Below the pieces are notes generated by a model, which worked only from the letters and a program-made list of their open reading frames with translations, was not told the origin of the DNA and ran no database searches. A DNA stretch of 47,894 bases from a virus. Taxonomy: Duplodnaviria; Caudoviricetes. Of the stretch, positions 19,272 to 30,089 are shown piece by piece (position 1 is the stretch's first letter; every line of letters starts with the position of its first letter). The translations under genes and the position numbers were made by a program. The stretch spans positions 1 to 47,894 of the IMG/VR virus record IMGVR_UViG_3300030330_001725. One strand, written 5' to 3'.

Positions 19272-20168
19272 ATGGCTACTAACTATTTATTAAACGAAAC
19301 ACAAGAAAATTACTATGATGACACAGCGGTTGATTATGGTAATTATCAGTTTACATCTTTAACAGATATTATAAATCAATTTATGTTAGCTTATGTTGGT
19401 GAAGAGAAAATAATACCTAGAGCTAAAAGAGCTGATGTAGCTTTTCACGCGCAGAGAGCTATGCAAGAGTTATCGTTTGATACTTTTAAATCTGTTAAGT
19501 CACAAGAAATAGAAATACCACCAGCGTTAACAATGACACTTCCTCAAGACTATGTTAACTATGTTAAGCTTAGTTTTTCAGATGCTTCAGGTATAGAACA
19601 TGTTATTTATCCAGCTATTAAAACTTCTAATCCATTTGCAATATCTCAAGCTGCTGATGGTAGTTATAATAATGATGGTACTAATTTAACAGAGCAAGAT
19701 GCTACTAATCATTTATCAGATACTTGGACTAAGTACAAAGCTCAAACACCTTCAGAAAACAATCAAGACGATTACGAAGATGACATGTATTGGCCTAACG
19801 AAGGCGGTAGATATGGACTAGATCCAGCTCACGCTCAAGTTAACGGTAGTTTTTACATTGACGAACTGCAAGGTAAAATACACTTTAGCTCAAATATAAA
19901 CGGCAAGACCGTTATATTAAAATACATAAGTGATGGCTTAGGAACTGAAGAAGAATTAAGAGTGCATAAATTTGCAGAAGAAGCTATGTACAAACATATA
20001 GCTTACGGTATTTTGTCTACAAGAGCTAATACACCAGAATTTTTAGTTGCTAGATTTAAAAAAGAAAGGTTTGCTGAAACTAGAAAAGCTAAACTTAGAT
20101 TATCTAATATTAAACTAGAAGAAATTACACAGATACTACGAGGTAAATCTAAACATATAAAACATTAA
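19272..20168 (+). CDS. Second ring/adaptor tail protein
   Basis: LPQDYVNYVK and VILKYISDG patterns similar to preceding ring gene. Confidence 0.6.
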   Translation: MATNYLLNETQENYYDDTAVDYGNYQFTSLTDIINQFMLAYVGEEKIIPRAKRADVAFHAQRAMQELSFDTFKSVKSQEIEIPPALTMTLPQDYVNYVKLSFSDASGIEHVIYPAIKTSNPFAISQAADGSYNNDGTNLTEQDATNHLSDTWTKYKAQTPSENNQDDYEDDMYWPNEGGRYGLDPAHAQVNGSFYIDELQGKIHFSSNINGKTVILKYISDGLGTEEELRVHKFAEEAMYKHIAYGILSTRANTPEFLVARFKKERFAETRKAKLRLSNIKLEEITQILRGKSKHIKH

Positions 20169-20172
20169 TTAA

Positions 20173-23100
20173 ATGCCAGAGTTAAAAAGAAGTTTTAGTT
20201 TAGGTCAAATGAATAAAGACCTTGACGAAAGACTAGTTGAAAACGGTACATATAGAGATGCTTTAAATATAGAAGTTTCTACTTCAGAAGGTTCTGATGT
20301 TGGGGCTGTACAAACTTTAAAAGGTAATACTGTTTTAACAACAGCGGTAGAACCAAAAAGTTTTTGTGTTGGCTCTATAGCTGACGAGCAAAACGATAAA
20401 ATATATTGGCTAGTAGCTGGAGCTAAATTAGCAGAAGGATCAAATGATGCTGCTACCACTGTTTTTAGAGATTATATATTAGAATACGAAATATCTACTA
20501 CTACACTTAAATATGTTTTTGTTGACATATATAAATCTACAGCAATAACAACTTCTACAGTTTCCAACTCTACAACTATACCAGTTGGAGATGCTACTTA
20601 CATAAGAAAAGGTATGCAAGTGTCTGGTGTGGCAGGTATGCCTTTAGTTACGGTTACAGATATAAGTAGTTTAAATATAACTGTTTCAGAAAGCGTTACA
20701 ATACCAGATGCGTCTACAGTAACATTTGAGTCTCCAACAGTTGATGAGAACAACCCTGGAAAACCAGGCGGTAGAACTTTAAATTATAGCTCTGATAGAT
20801 TAATAACAGGTTTAAATGTTATTGATGGTATGTTACTTTGGACAGACAATCACTCTGAACCTAAAAAAATAAACATAAGAAGAAGTATATTAGGCACAGG
20901 AGCTAATGACTTAACTATAGGTAACGGTGCTGTTTCTACGTTTCATACTAGATTAGTTATTACAGACGAAAATAATGATGATATAATAGTAACAGATACT
21001 GGTAGTTACCCTGTGTATATGCAAGAGCAATATATAACTGTTATAAAAAAATCTCCTTTGCTAGCACCCGTGTTAGCTATGTCTGATACTTTAGAAGCTA
21101 GAGGTGAAACTAAAGGAGTCACAACTACGGCTGTTAGATTTTATGACACTACGCCTAGTCCTAACGAAATATTAGAAGCTGGTGAAACTATAACTATAAG
21201 TATAGGTAGCTTGTTAGGTACTGGTTTGCCTGATTATAGAGAGGGAGATGTTATATTGTTAAGTAACACTGGAGCTTCTAGCTTTACAGAGCATAAAATA
21301 AGAGCGCAGATAAACGTAGGAGGCACACCTTTGCAAAACGGTAGTTCAAATGATTTTGATGTTACTATACTAGCTATAGATCAAAACGTTCCTGATGCTG
21401 ACGAAACTTGGAATATTGTTTTAGAGTTAACGCCACCTTTGTTTGAAAAGAAGTTTGTTAGGTTTGCTAGTAGATTCAAGTATGAAGACGGTGAGTATTC
21501 TGCTTTTTCTCCTTTTACTAATGTAGCTTTTTTACCTGGTGAGTTTGAATATTACGCTAGCGAAGGTTACAACTTAGGTATGTCAAATAATCTTCGTAGC
21601 TTGAAAATACAAGATTTTGTTCCAGAAAAATCTATACTACCTCAAGACGTGGTAGCCATAGATATATTGTACAAAGAAGACGGCTCACCAAACGTTTATA
21701 CAGTTAAAACTGTAGATAGAAATAGTGCTGAATGGGTAGCTGCTGGCTCTGGAAACGGTTTAAATAATGGAGAGTTACTTATAGAATCAGATGTTATATA
21801 CGCTACTCTTCCAGCTAATCAATTATTAAGACCTTTTGATGAAGTACCTAGAAAAGCACTAGCACAAGACATGACTGGCGGTAGAATAGTTTATGGTAAC
21901 TATCTACATAAATTTAGGATGGAAGGTTACGGTGTTAAAGCTAAAAACATAAGCGTAAACTTAAACACGCTTTTAGAGTTTAATGAAATAGCTGATGTTG
22001 GTATACCTGAAAAAAGTTTAAAGTCTTTACGAAATTACCAAGTAGGTATTGTTTATAGAGATATATACGGCAGAGAAACACCCGTGTTAACATCGGAAAA
22101 TGTAGCGGGAAGCAATAATGTATTGCAAGTTGACAAGCCGCAAGCTATAACCTCTAATAAAATACATGTACATATAAATAGTCCGGCACCTAAGTTTGCT
22201 GATTCATTTAAGTTTTTTATAAAAGAAACTTCTAACGAATACTATAACTTAGCTATGGACAGGTGGTATAACGCTGAAGATGGTAATATATGGTTAAGCT
22301 TTCCTTCTTCAGAAAGAAACAAAGTTGACGAAGAAACATTTTTAATACTTAAAAAAGAGCACGATGGCTCTACAGCTGTAACTGAAAATTATAAATATAA
22401 AATATTATCTATAGTAGGTGAAGCACCTATATTTGTGAAAACTATACAAAAGTTTGTTGCTACAATAACTAATTCATCTGTAGGTAATGTTTCAGACGCA
22501 GTATTTGGTCAAGTGGTAGGTAATAGTTTGTCAGAAGGTTATCCTTTGAAAAACCTAAGTACATTTATGATACACACTTCAACTTACAAAGACTCTGCTT
22601 TATCAGACGCTTTTGAAGTTAAGAATACTTTTGTAAGATTTAGAACTGACACTGCTGCTTCTAAATATTATAAAATAATTGGTATTGTACCAGGAGACGC
22701 TGCTGCAGGTACCGCTACTAAATTTACAATAGAAGGTAGATTCGGTTCTGATATAGATTTTACTTCCACGGCTGGTAGTATAGGTACTAGAATATCAGGC
22801 TTAATTGCTGATTTTAAAAGTAGAAACGTAGAAGATAGACCAGAGTTTGAAGGTAAATTTTTTGCTAAAATATATAAAGACTTAGGTATAAGACAATTTA
22901 TAACAAAAGAACTTTTAGATGATGAAGATAGTTTAGTTGTTAGTAAAGCGCTTCCAATTAGATGGGTTAAAAATGACGGTGTTGATTTTAATCAAGTTTT
23001 AAATGACCCTGGTCAAAACGCTTCTGTAGGTCAGTTTGGAGTTGTAACTAATGCACAGTGGGGTGGTGTTGATATTAAAGGTAGCGCTTCTACTGCTTGG

Positions 23101-25542
23101 CATGGTTTATCTGCTGGATTTGATAATGACGGTAATAGCGGTGGTTTTGGTTTAGACCCAAAACAAGTTGGTAGTAATGAAAATTCTGGTCAAGGCGCTG
23201 AGTACTGGAGAGATTTTGCTAAAGTTTATGAAGGCGCTGCTACTGGTAGTGGTGATGATAATCACTTTTTTATAGATGAAGCATTTTTTCAAAACAGGCT
23301 AAACTCAAAAGGTAATTCTATAGGTGCTAATGGTAGCACTAAAAACACTGGTGATGGTATAAGGCCTAATAATAATCCATCTAAAAACGTAACAGTAGAT
23401 CAAGATTTAATAGATATATCATGGGCAAATATACATCCTTCAGGTTCAACAAATGGTTTTTCAGCTGTTTATTATCCTGTGGCTCATGATTTTATTTACA
23501 GCCTTTATCAAGTAGGTACTAAATTTAGAATAAAAGATGATCCAGACCAAATAATATATACTGTAGAATCTTTAGAAGGTCACACACAGAGAATACAAAA
23601 CTATCAAGTTAATATTTTATCAAATAGAAACGATCCTGAAAACAAAAGAGAGACTTGGACTATGTCTGTATCTCCTAGATTTGGACTTGGCCCTTCTGGT
23701 TACCATCCATTAAAACCAAATACACACTTTGAGGTTTCAAGTGGTCCTGGTTTAGGCCAGATAGCAGTTGATCGTTTTCATAACAATGTAGGTTCTACAG
23801 CTGGTACACCTACTGGTACTGCTAGAGAAGGTTCTAGATTACAGCCTCACGGTAATTCACCTGGTCATACTTTTGAAATACTAGAAAACGTAACTAATAC
23901 AAACTCTCCTGATGATTCGTTTACAGAAAATCCTGCTTTGTGGGAAACAGAACCTAAAGAAGATATAGGATTAGATATATATTACGAAATAGGTAGAACA
24001 TATCCTATGAAGTTTGATTTTAGAACTAATGAGCAGTTAATACCTGTTGGCTCTTCTATTACTTTACTTACTGGTACAGCTACCAATTTAACCACACAAA
24101 CAGTTACAGCTTGCAACGATAATACAGTTACAATTAATGGCGCCGCTGTGACAACTGCAACTGGCACTAGATTAAAGTTTACTTTTCCAAAAGAATATGA
24201 TACTGACTTACCAGGCGCTGTTGTTATGCAAGTAGACTCTAGCTCTACTTCAAACACTGGTTCAAATATAATAACTTTAAATCCAGACGTACATCAAACA
24301 GGAGAGTTTATATTACCTTATTTTAATTGTTATAACTTTGGTAATGGTAATGAGTCTAATAGAATAAGAGATGATTTTAATGCTCCAACTATAGATAAAG
24401 GTGTAAAAGTGTCTACAGTCACAACAGAGCCTTATACAGAAGAAAGAAGAGGTAGTAGTTTAATATTTAGCGGTATATACAACTCTAGAAATGGTGTAAA
24501 CAATTTAAATCAATTTGTAGCATCTGATGGTATTACAAAAGATTTAAATCCAAAATATGGTACTATACAAAAGCTACACTCAAGAGACGGAGATGTTGTA
24601 ACTTTTATGGAAGACAAGATATTTAAAGTACAAGCTAATAAAGACTCTTTGTTTAATGTAGACGGTAGTACTAATTTAGTTTCTACAAATGCAGTCTTAG
24701 GTTTTCCAACGCCAGTAAAAGGAGAGTATGGTATATCTAAAAATCCAGAGTCTTTTGTTTTCCAAGGCTATCAAGCATATTTTACAGATAAAGCAAGAGG
24801 AGCTGTCCTACGTATGTCTATGGACGGATTAACTGTTATATCAAACGTAGGTATGAAAGATTATTTTTCTGATACATTTAAAACAGCTAATACTAATATC
24901 ATAGGTACTTATGATGATAAGAAAAGTCAATACAACGTTACGCTAAAAGGTACTAGCATGACAGACACTACTATTAGTTGGAACGAAGGTACAAAAGGTT
25001 GGGTTAGTTTTAAATCTTTTATACCAGAATCAGGTGTAAGTTTTAATAATACTTATTATACTTTTTTTGAAGGTGAGCTTTACGAACATCACAACAATGA
25101 AACAAGAAATAATTTTTATGGCACTCAATATAACTCTGACTTTACTTTAATAATGAATGATGCGCCTGGTAGTGTAAAGAATTTTAAAACTTTAAATTAC
25201 GAAGGAACTCAAGCTAAAGTTACTCAGTTTCAAACTTCGACAGTTGATAGTGTGGCTGACGACTTAGATGGTACTTATAATGATGGACAATATTATAACT
25301 TAAATGCTAAAACAGGTTGGTTTGTAGAAAGCATAACTACAGACATGCAAGAAGGTTTAATTAGCGAGTTTAAAGAAAAAGAAAACAAGTGGTTTAACTA
25401 TATTAGAGGAGCAGCTACGACATTAGAAAATCTTGATACATCAGAGTTTTCTGTACAAGGATTAGGTAAAGCATCTGCTATTAGCAGATCAGATACAGAA
25501 AGAACAGTATTTAAATTAATAGTAAAAGAAAATAACGATTAA
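20173..25542 (+). CDS. Tail muzzle/stabilization (tubular protein B-like) protein
   Basis: 1789 aa; MNKDLDERL..YRDALN N-terminus, WTDN..EPKKIN, YGISKNPESF, YFTDKARGAVLR, GWVSFKSF beta-propeller patterns. Confidence 0.75.
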   Translation: MPELKRSFSLGQMNKDLDERLVENGTYRDALNIEVSTSEGSDVGAVQTLKGNTVLTTAVEPKSFCVGSIADEQNDKIYWLVAGAKLAEGSNDAATTVFRDYILEYEISTTTLKYVFVDIYKSTAITTSTVSNSTTIPVGDATYIRKGMQVSGVAGMPLVTVTDISSLNITVSESVTIPDASTVTFESPTVDENNPGKPGGRTLNYSSDRLITGLNVIDGMLLWTDNHSEPKKINIRRSILGTGANDLTIGNGAVSTFHTRLVITDENNDDIIVTDTGSYPVYMQEQYITVIKKSPLLAPVLAMSDTLEARGETKGVTTTAVRFYDTTPSPNEILEAGETITISIGSLLGTGLPDYREGDVILLSNTGASSFTEHKIRAQINVGGTPLQNGSSNDFDVTILAIDQNVPDADETWNIVLELTPPLFEKKFVRFASRFKYEDGEYSAFSPFTNVAFLPGEFEYYASEGYNLGMSNNLRSLKIQDFVPEKSILPQDVVAIDILYKEDGSPNVYTVKTVDRNSAEWVAAGSGNGLNNGELLIESDVIYATLPANQLLRPFDEVPRKALAQDMTGGRIVYGNYLHKFRMEGYGVKAKNISVNLNTLLEFNEIADVGIPEKSLKSLRNYQVGIVYRDIYGRETPVLTSENVAGSNNVLQVDKPQAITSNKIHVHINSPAPKFADSFKFFIKETSNEYYNLAMDRWYNAEDGNIWLSFPSSERNKVDEETFLILKKEHDGSTAVTENYKYKILSIVGEAPIFVKTIQKFVATITNSSVGNVSDAVFGQVVGNSLSEGYPLKNLSTFMIHTSTYKDSALSDAFEVKNTFVRFRTDTAASKYYKIIGIVPGDAAAGTATKFTIEGRFGSDIDFTSTAGSIGTRISGLIADFKSRNVEDRPEFEGKFFAKIYKDLGIRQFITKELLDDEDSLVVSKALPIRWVKNDGVDFNQVLNDPGQNASVGQFGVVTNAQWGGVDIKGSASTAWHGLSAGFDNDGNSGGFGLDPKQVGSNENSGQGAEYWRDFAKVYEGAATGSGDDNHFFIDEAFFQNRLNSKGNSIGANGSTKNTGDGIRPNNNPSKNVTVDQDLIDISWANIHPSGSTNGFSAVYYPVAHDFIYSLYQVGTKFRIKDDPDQIIYTVESLEGHTQRIQNYQVNILSNRNDPENKRETWTMSVSPRFGLGPSGYHPLKPNTHFEVSSGPGLGQIAVDRFHNNVGSTAGTPTGTAREGSRLQPHGNSPGHTFEILENVTNTNSPDDSFTENPALWETEPKEDIGLDIYYEIGRTYPMKFDFRTNEQLIPVGSSITLLTGTATNLTTQTVTACNDNTVTINGAAVTTATGTRLKFTFPKEYDTDLPGAVVMQVDSSSTSNTGSNIITLNPDVHQTGEFILPYFNCYNFGNGNESNRIRDDFNAPTIDKGVKVSTVTTEPYTEERRGSSLIFSGIYNSRNGVNNLNQFVASDGITKDLNPKYGTIQKLHSRDGDVVTFMEDKIFKVQANKDSLFNVDGSTNLVSTNAVLGFPTPVKGEYGISKNPESFVFQGYQAYFTDKARGAVLRMSMDGLTVISNVGMKDYFSDTFKTANTNIIGTYDDKKSQYNVTLKGTSMTDTTISWNEGTKGWVSFKSFIPESGVSFNNTYYTFFEGELYEHHNNETRNNFYGTQYNSDFTLIMNDAPGSVKNFKTLNYEGTQAKVTQFQTSTVDSVADDLDGTYNDGQYYNLNAKTGWFVESITTDMQEGLISEFKEKENKWFNYIRGAATTLENLDTSEFSVQGLGKASAISRSDTERTVFKLIVKENND

Positions 25543-25543
25543 C

Positions 25544-27199
25544 ATGGCAATAACAAATTGTACATTAGCTAATGCAACAGGTGGTACTGACGTAGTTTTT
25601 GCAAACGTTGGTGGTTCTGCTATAGGTAGTGATGTTGCAGAGTTTTTTATAACTGCTAACCCTGGTTTTACAGTAAGAGCCGCTAATTTTGTAAACAACA
25701 CAGGTAGTCAATCATGGTTGACTAGTATAACTTTAACAGATACTGATACTAATTTAACTAGTTTAAGTAATTACAGTTCTAATGGAGACGTGTTATTTCC
25801 ACACGCAACAACGGCTAATACAGTTAAAGTAACAGTAACTTTAAATACTAGTTTTACTATGCCAACGTCTGACACTACTTTAATATTTGATATTGATGAC
25901 GCGGCAGGTGAAAATGGTGGTGCCCAACAAGGTTCTAGAATAGAATTAAATGTTGATGCTATATACGATGTAGTAACTAATCAAACAGTTACAACTACAG
26001 CAGCGACAGGTTTTACAGAAACATCTGCTACAGCTAGTAGCGTTACTACAGATAATTATAAAGATCATATATTAGCTAATACTGATACTAATGTTTTTAC
26101 AGCTACGTTTGCTGCAGACGGCGGAAGATATTATATAAATCCACCAGTACCTGTTATATCAGCTGGTAGTTTAGCAAGTAGATACACTTTAACAAAAACA
26201 GATACAACTAATGCAGCTGGTCAAATAACACAAAGAGTTTGGGTTTGCGTTTATAACGGAGATACAGATGTTACTATTAATGACAACCACGATATAACGT
26301 TCGTAGGTTTTGGAGGTGAAGCGGTTACTATATCAACAAACTCTGCTTTTGATAAAGGTGCTACAATAGATCAAATGTTTGTAAGACCTGAAAATACTAT
26401 AATAAGTTCAAGTGGAGAAACAAAAACCGTAGTAGTTAGAGGTACACCAACAACTGGAAAATATACTTTAACTGTTACTAAGTTTGGAGAAATATCAGCT
26501 ACAAGTGTTACAGATACTACTTATGATTTTTCTAGTGATACTTTTACATCTGGCTCTACAAATACAGGTACTATAACTTTAGGGTCTACAGGCGAACAAA
26601 CTCACGACATTGTATTTCCTTCAGTTAGTGCTAACGATAGTTATGGTATAACAATAGCAGGAGTAGACACCACTATAGCTGGAACTGTGCCAAGTGCTAC
26701 TAGTTACGCTGGTGGTAGTCCTAGAATAATAATAAAACAATTTACTTCAAATGTTTCTGTTAACTTAGGAGTTGTATCTACAACTTTTGGACCTGGAGGT
26801 AGTGGCGAAACAAGATTAAATACGCTGCCAAGTGGCGTTACTTTACAAGACGTGCCTACTAGAAATAAAAAACAATTTGAACAGCAAGAAGGTTCTGACA
26901 GATCTATAGTTAGAACTTCTGCTAATCAAGTGTCATTTAGTTTTGTAGTTGACACCATATCAGATTTTGTTTATCCAGCTGTAAATGAAATTAGTTTTTC
27001 AGATGCTAATGTAGCTGATGAAACTGCTATTAATCCAGACTCAAACGGAGGTACTTCATTAAGACTTTCTGGTTTAAAAGCTACTAGAACTAGTAATACT
27101 AGAATGACTTACACAGGAAGATTAGAAGTAGATAACTTTGGAGACACAGATGTAGATATTAATTTTAACTTAGAATCAATAATAACACCAGATAACTAA
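25544..27199 (+). CDS. Thr/Ser-rich beta-sandwich tail or fibre-associated structural protein
   Basis: 551 aa rich in T/S/G with few basic residues; follows muzzle gene. Confidence 0.55.
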   Translation: MAITNCTLANATGGTDVVFANVGGSAIGSDVAEFFITANPGFTVRAANFVNNTGSQSWLTSITLTDTDTNLTSLSNYSSNGDVLFPHATTANTVKVTVTLNTSFTMPTSDTTLIFDIDDAAGENGGAQQGSRIELNVDAIYDVVTNQTVTTTAATGFTETSATASSVTTDNYKDHILANTDTNVFTATFAADGGRYYINPPVPVISAGSLASRYTLTKTDTTNAAGQITQRVWVCVYNGDTDVTINDNHDITFVGFGGEAVTISTNSAFDKGATIDQMFVRPENTIISSSGETKTVVVRGTPTTGKYTLTVTKFGEISATSVTDTTYDFSSDTFTSGSTNTGTITLGSTGEQTHDIVFPSVSANDSYGITIAGVDTTIAGTVPSATSYAGGSPRIIIKQFTSNVSVNLGVVSTTFGPGGSGETRLNTLPSGVTLQDVPTRNKKQFEQQEGSDRSIVRTSANQVSFSFVVDTISDFVYPAVNEISFSDANVADETAINPDSNGGTSLRLSGLKATRTSNTRMTYTGRLEVDNFGDTDVDINFNLESIITPDN

Positions 27200-27561
27200 T
27201 GCCAACAATAACTTTAACATTTGCAACAGCAGGAGACGCAGGATTAAACACATCAGTTCAAGTTGGTGACGTAGGTTATTACGTTCCTACAACATCTGTA
27301 GCTGGTTTTGACACTGCTACGCAGACTGCTATAGTAGAAATAGGTGTAGTAACGGCTGTTACTACTAACTCAGTTACTTGTGATATAGCTACTAATATAG
27401 CTAGTCCTACAACAAGTGACTTTATATTTTTTAGTAAAGATAATCAAGCTAACGCTAGTGGTTTAATTGGTTACTTTGCTGAAATAAAATTTAAAAATGA
27501 TTCAACAACAGAAGCTGAATTGTTTTCTGTAGGGTCTGAGTTTTTTGAAAGTAGTAAATAA
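27199..27561 (+). CDS. Small tail structural protein
   Basis: NTSVQVGD..FIFFSKDN..SGLIGYFAE..ELFSV; TAATG coupled. Confidence 0.55.
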   Translation: MPTITLTFATAGDAGLNTSVQVGDVGYYVPTTSVAGFDTATQTAIVEIGVVTAVTTNSVTCDIATNIASPTTSDFIFFSKDNQANASGLIGYFAEIKFKNDSTTEAELFSVGSEFFESSK

Positions 27562-27603
27562 GAGAGAAAAAGTGTAATAATAATATAACAAAAATATAAA
27601 AAT

Positions 27604-28488
27604 ATGTATAAGCAGAAAGGATCAACATTTTATAATGATTTAAAACCACCATTTAAAGCAAGAGGTGGAGTTAGTCCAATGAAGAGCATAGGTGCAGGTT
27701 TAAGTGACATTATAGCTTCTGGAGGTGCTAAAAGAAGAGCTGCTAAAGAATTAAAAGGAGCGCGAGCAGAAGAAGCAGCGGCAAGAGAAGCTTATATGAA
27801 TATGGACTTTTCTAATCCTTACGCAAACATGGAGAATACAGCAGAAGACTTAACTGTTAATCAACAAGCAGCTGATTTAGCTAAACAACAGTTTCAACAG
27901 TCACAAGCTAACATTTTAGGCTCAATGCAACAGACTGGTGGAAGTTTTAATGCTGGTAATATACAAGCTTTAGTTGGAGCTGGTCAACAAGCAGCAGCGG
28001 CTACAGCGGCAGATATAGGAAAACAAGAGCAAGCTAATCAAGCGTTAGCAGCACAACAAGCAGCTACAAATCAACAACTAGCAGCGCGAGGAGAAGCAGA
28101 AGCTCAAGAGGCAAAAAGAGGTCAAACAGAAACATTGTTTGGTATGTCTCAACAAAGACTAGGCGCAGCTGAAGCAGCAGACGCAGAAGCCAAAGCTATG
28201 TTAGGTAGAGGTATAGGTAATCTTATTGGTGGAAGTATAGACTTAGGAACAAAAGCGCTCATGGCATCAGACGTTAGATTAAAAGAAAATATTAAACACA
28301 TCGGATATTCTAAATATGGAATACCTACGTATGAGTTTAAATACAAAGGATGTGATACGGTTTGGTCAGGTACTATGGCTCAAGATTTAATTAATTTAGG
28401 TATACAAAACGCCGTCGAATTAATGGATAACGGTTATTATGCTGTTGACTACAACGCGATAGATGTTAATATGTTACCTTGTAAATAA
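27604..28488 (+). CDS. Internal virion/ejection protein with C-terminal Peptidase_S74 autocleaving chaperone domain
   Basis: A/Q-rich helical body; SDVRLKENI..YEFKY..GTMAQDL..GYYAVDY from 28267; MYKQKG..SPMK leader. Confidence 0.7.
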   Translation: MYKQKGSTFYNDLKPPFKARGGVSPMKSIGAGLSDIIASGGAKRRAAKELKGARAEEAAAREAYMNMDFSNPYANMENTAEDLTVNQQAADLAKQQFQQSQANILGSMQQTGGSFNAGNIQALVGAGQQAAAATAADIGKQEQANQALAAQQAATNQQLAARGEAEAQEAKRGQTETLFGMSQQRLGAAEAADAEAKAMLGRGIGNLIGGSIDLGTKALMASDVRLKENIKHIGYSKYGIPTYEFKYKGCDTVWSGTMAQDLINLGIQNAVELMDNGYYAVDYNAIDVNMLPCK

Positions 28489-28494
28489 AATAAT

Positions 28495-30078
28495 ATGGCA
28501 GTAAATAAAGAACTATTACAAGCTTCAGCAGCTAGATCTGCAGCACGTAGAAACCCAGCGGCAATTCCTGGTCTTCAAAAGGCTGACGATGCTTTAAATG
28601 AGTATTTTGATTATAAAATACAAAAGAAAAGAGAGCAACAAGATCACGAAGACAAGCTTAAAAGGCAAAAAGAACTAAGAGAAGATGATGCTGAATATCA
28701 AGACTACTTAAGTACAAAAGATACTTTAGAAGAATTAGAAAATGAAGATGAGTCTCCATTAACTTATAACGCTGGTCTAGTAGCTGCCGCGCAAGATCTT
28801 TATCAACAAAGAAGATATGCTAATAACGCTATGGGTAACGCATTAAGAAAAGTTGGTGAAGATATAGATAAAGGTATAACTGATTATTTTAATGAAAAGA
28901 AACTAGCAAGAAAAGTTGCAGAAGAAAAAGCTAGACTAGCAGAAGAAAAAGCACAGCAAGAAAAAGACAGGCAAACACAAGTTTTAGATAGTTATATATT
29001 AAAGAGCGGTGAAAACAATATAAGTCAACATGGTACAGACATGTATAATAGTGTTCAAGATCAAATGTATGATTTAAAAAATCAATATTTAGATGCTTAC
29101 AACATGGAAGATGGCCCTGAAAAAAATAGACTTATGAACGACATAAAAATAAAAATGCAAGGGTTAGATAATCATCTTACAACGCATAGCACCCAGCTTC
29201 AAACTTATAAAAATAATATTGAAAATGATATTTATTCTAATGTCATGGAGGGTACAGATACTAAAAATTTGTTAGATGCTTTTTATACACAAGGCGAAAC
29301 TGTTAATTATCAAGGTGTAGAATATAACTTTGAGAAAACCGTAGATGCTAGTGGTGTAAAAATGGTTTTAACAGATCCAGTAACTAACGAACAAATAGTA
29401 CTAGACCCAAAAGAACAATTTGCTAGTACTAATATGTTTGCTAAAACAGATGGTAAGGCTATGAATGCTGTTTTAAATCAATTGCAAAAAACGGCTGCTA
29501 GTGGAAGAAGCGAGACGCTAAGTCAAGTACAAAATGTAATGTCTACTATATTGAAAGATAAAAACGATTTAATTTCTTACGCTAATGATACTTTACCAGG
29601 AAGAGGTAGAAGCATGCGTGAAGACTTTGAACAAATGTTTCCTAACGGTATAGAAGATAAAGACGGTAATATTATACCAGTTGCAGATGTATTTAATCCT
29701 AATTCTGCTTGGTTTAAACAAAACAGAGGTGAAGATATACTTAGAGATTTAGCTACAGATTATTATACTCGTATAGCAATAAACGGCTTTAACGGTTATG
29801 CTACTAAAAATGCTCAAATAATAGGTATAGAAGGTTCTGACAACTTAGGTATAGACAACTATAGCGAAACTACTTTAGGTATAAGCAAAGAAGAAGGTAA
29901 CAAGTTTAGAAAGTGGGTTAATGCTAATTATCCTGATTATGCTAGAGAAATAGACTTAGATGAAGAAGGCCCTATGAATAATTCATACATACAAAAAGCT
30001 TGGCAAAAGTATGGTCAAGAGTATCAAATGGTAATACAGTATGATGAGTACGAAGATATGATAAATAAATATTTATAA
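28495..30078 (+). CDS. Putative internal virion/ejection protein
   Basis: 527 aa helical and coiled-coil; sits between pilot-like and giant protein, the usual podovirus ejectosome position. Confidence 0.6.
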   Translation: MAVNKELLQASAARSAARRNPAAIPGLQKADDALNEYFDYKIQKKREQQDHEDKLKRQKELREDDAEYQDYLSTKDTLEELENEDESPLTYNAGLVAAAQDLYQQRRYANNAMGNALRKVGEDIDKGITDYFNEKKLARKVAEEKARLAEEKAQQEKDRQTQVLDSYILKSGENNISQHGTDMYNSVQDQMYDLKNQYLDAYNMEDGPEKNRLMNDIKIKMQGLDNHLTTHSTQLQTYKNNIENDIYSNVMEGTDTKNLLDAFYTQGETVNYQGVEYNFEKTVDASGVKMVLTDPVTNEQIVLDPKEQFASTNMFAKTDGKAMNAVLNQLQKTAASGRSETLSQVQNVMSTILKDKNDLISYANDTLPGRGRSMREDFEQMFPNGIEDKDGNIIPVADVFNPNSAWFKQNRGEDILRDLATDYYTRIAINGFNGYATKNAQIIGIEGSDNLGIDNYSETTLGISKEEGNKFRKWVNANYPDYAREIDLDEEGPMNNSYIQKAWQKYGQEYQMVIQYDEYEDMINKYL

Positions 30079-30089
30079 TAAAATAAAAT

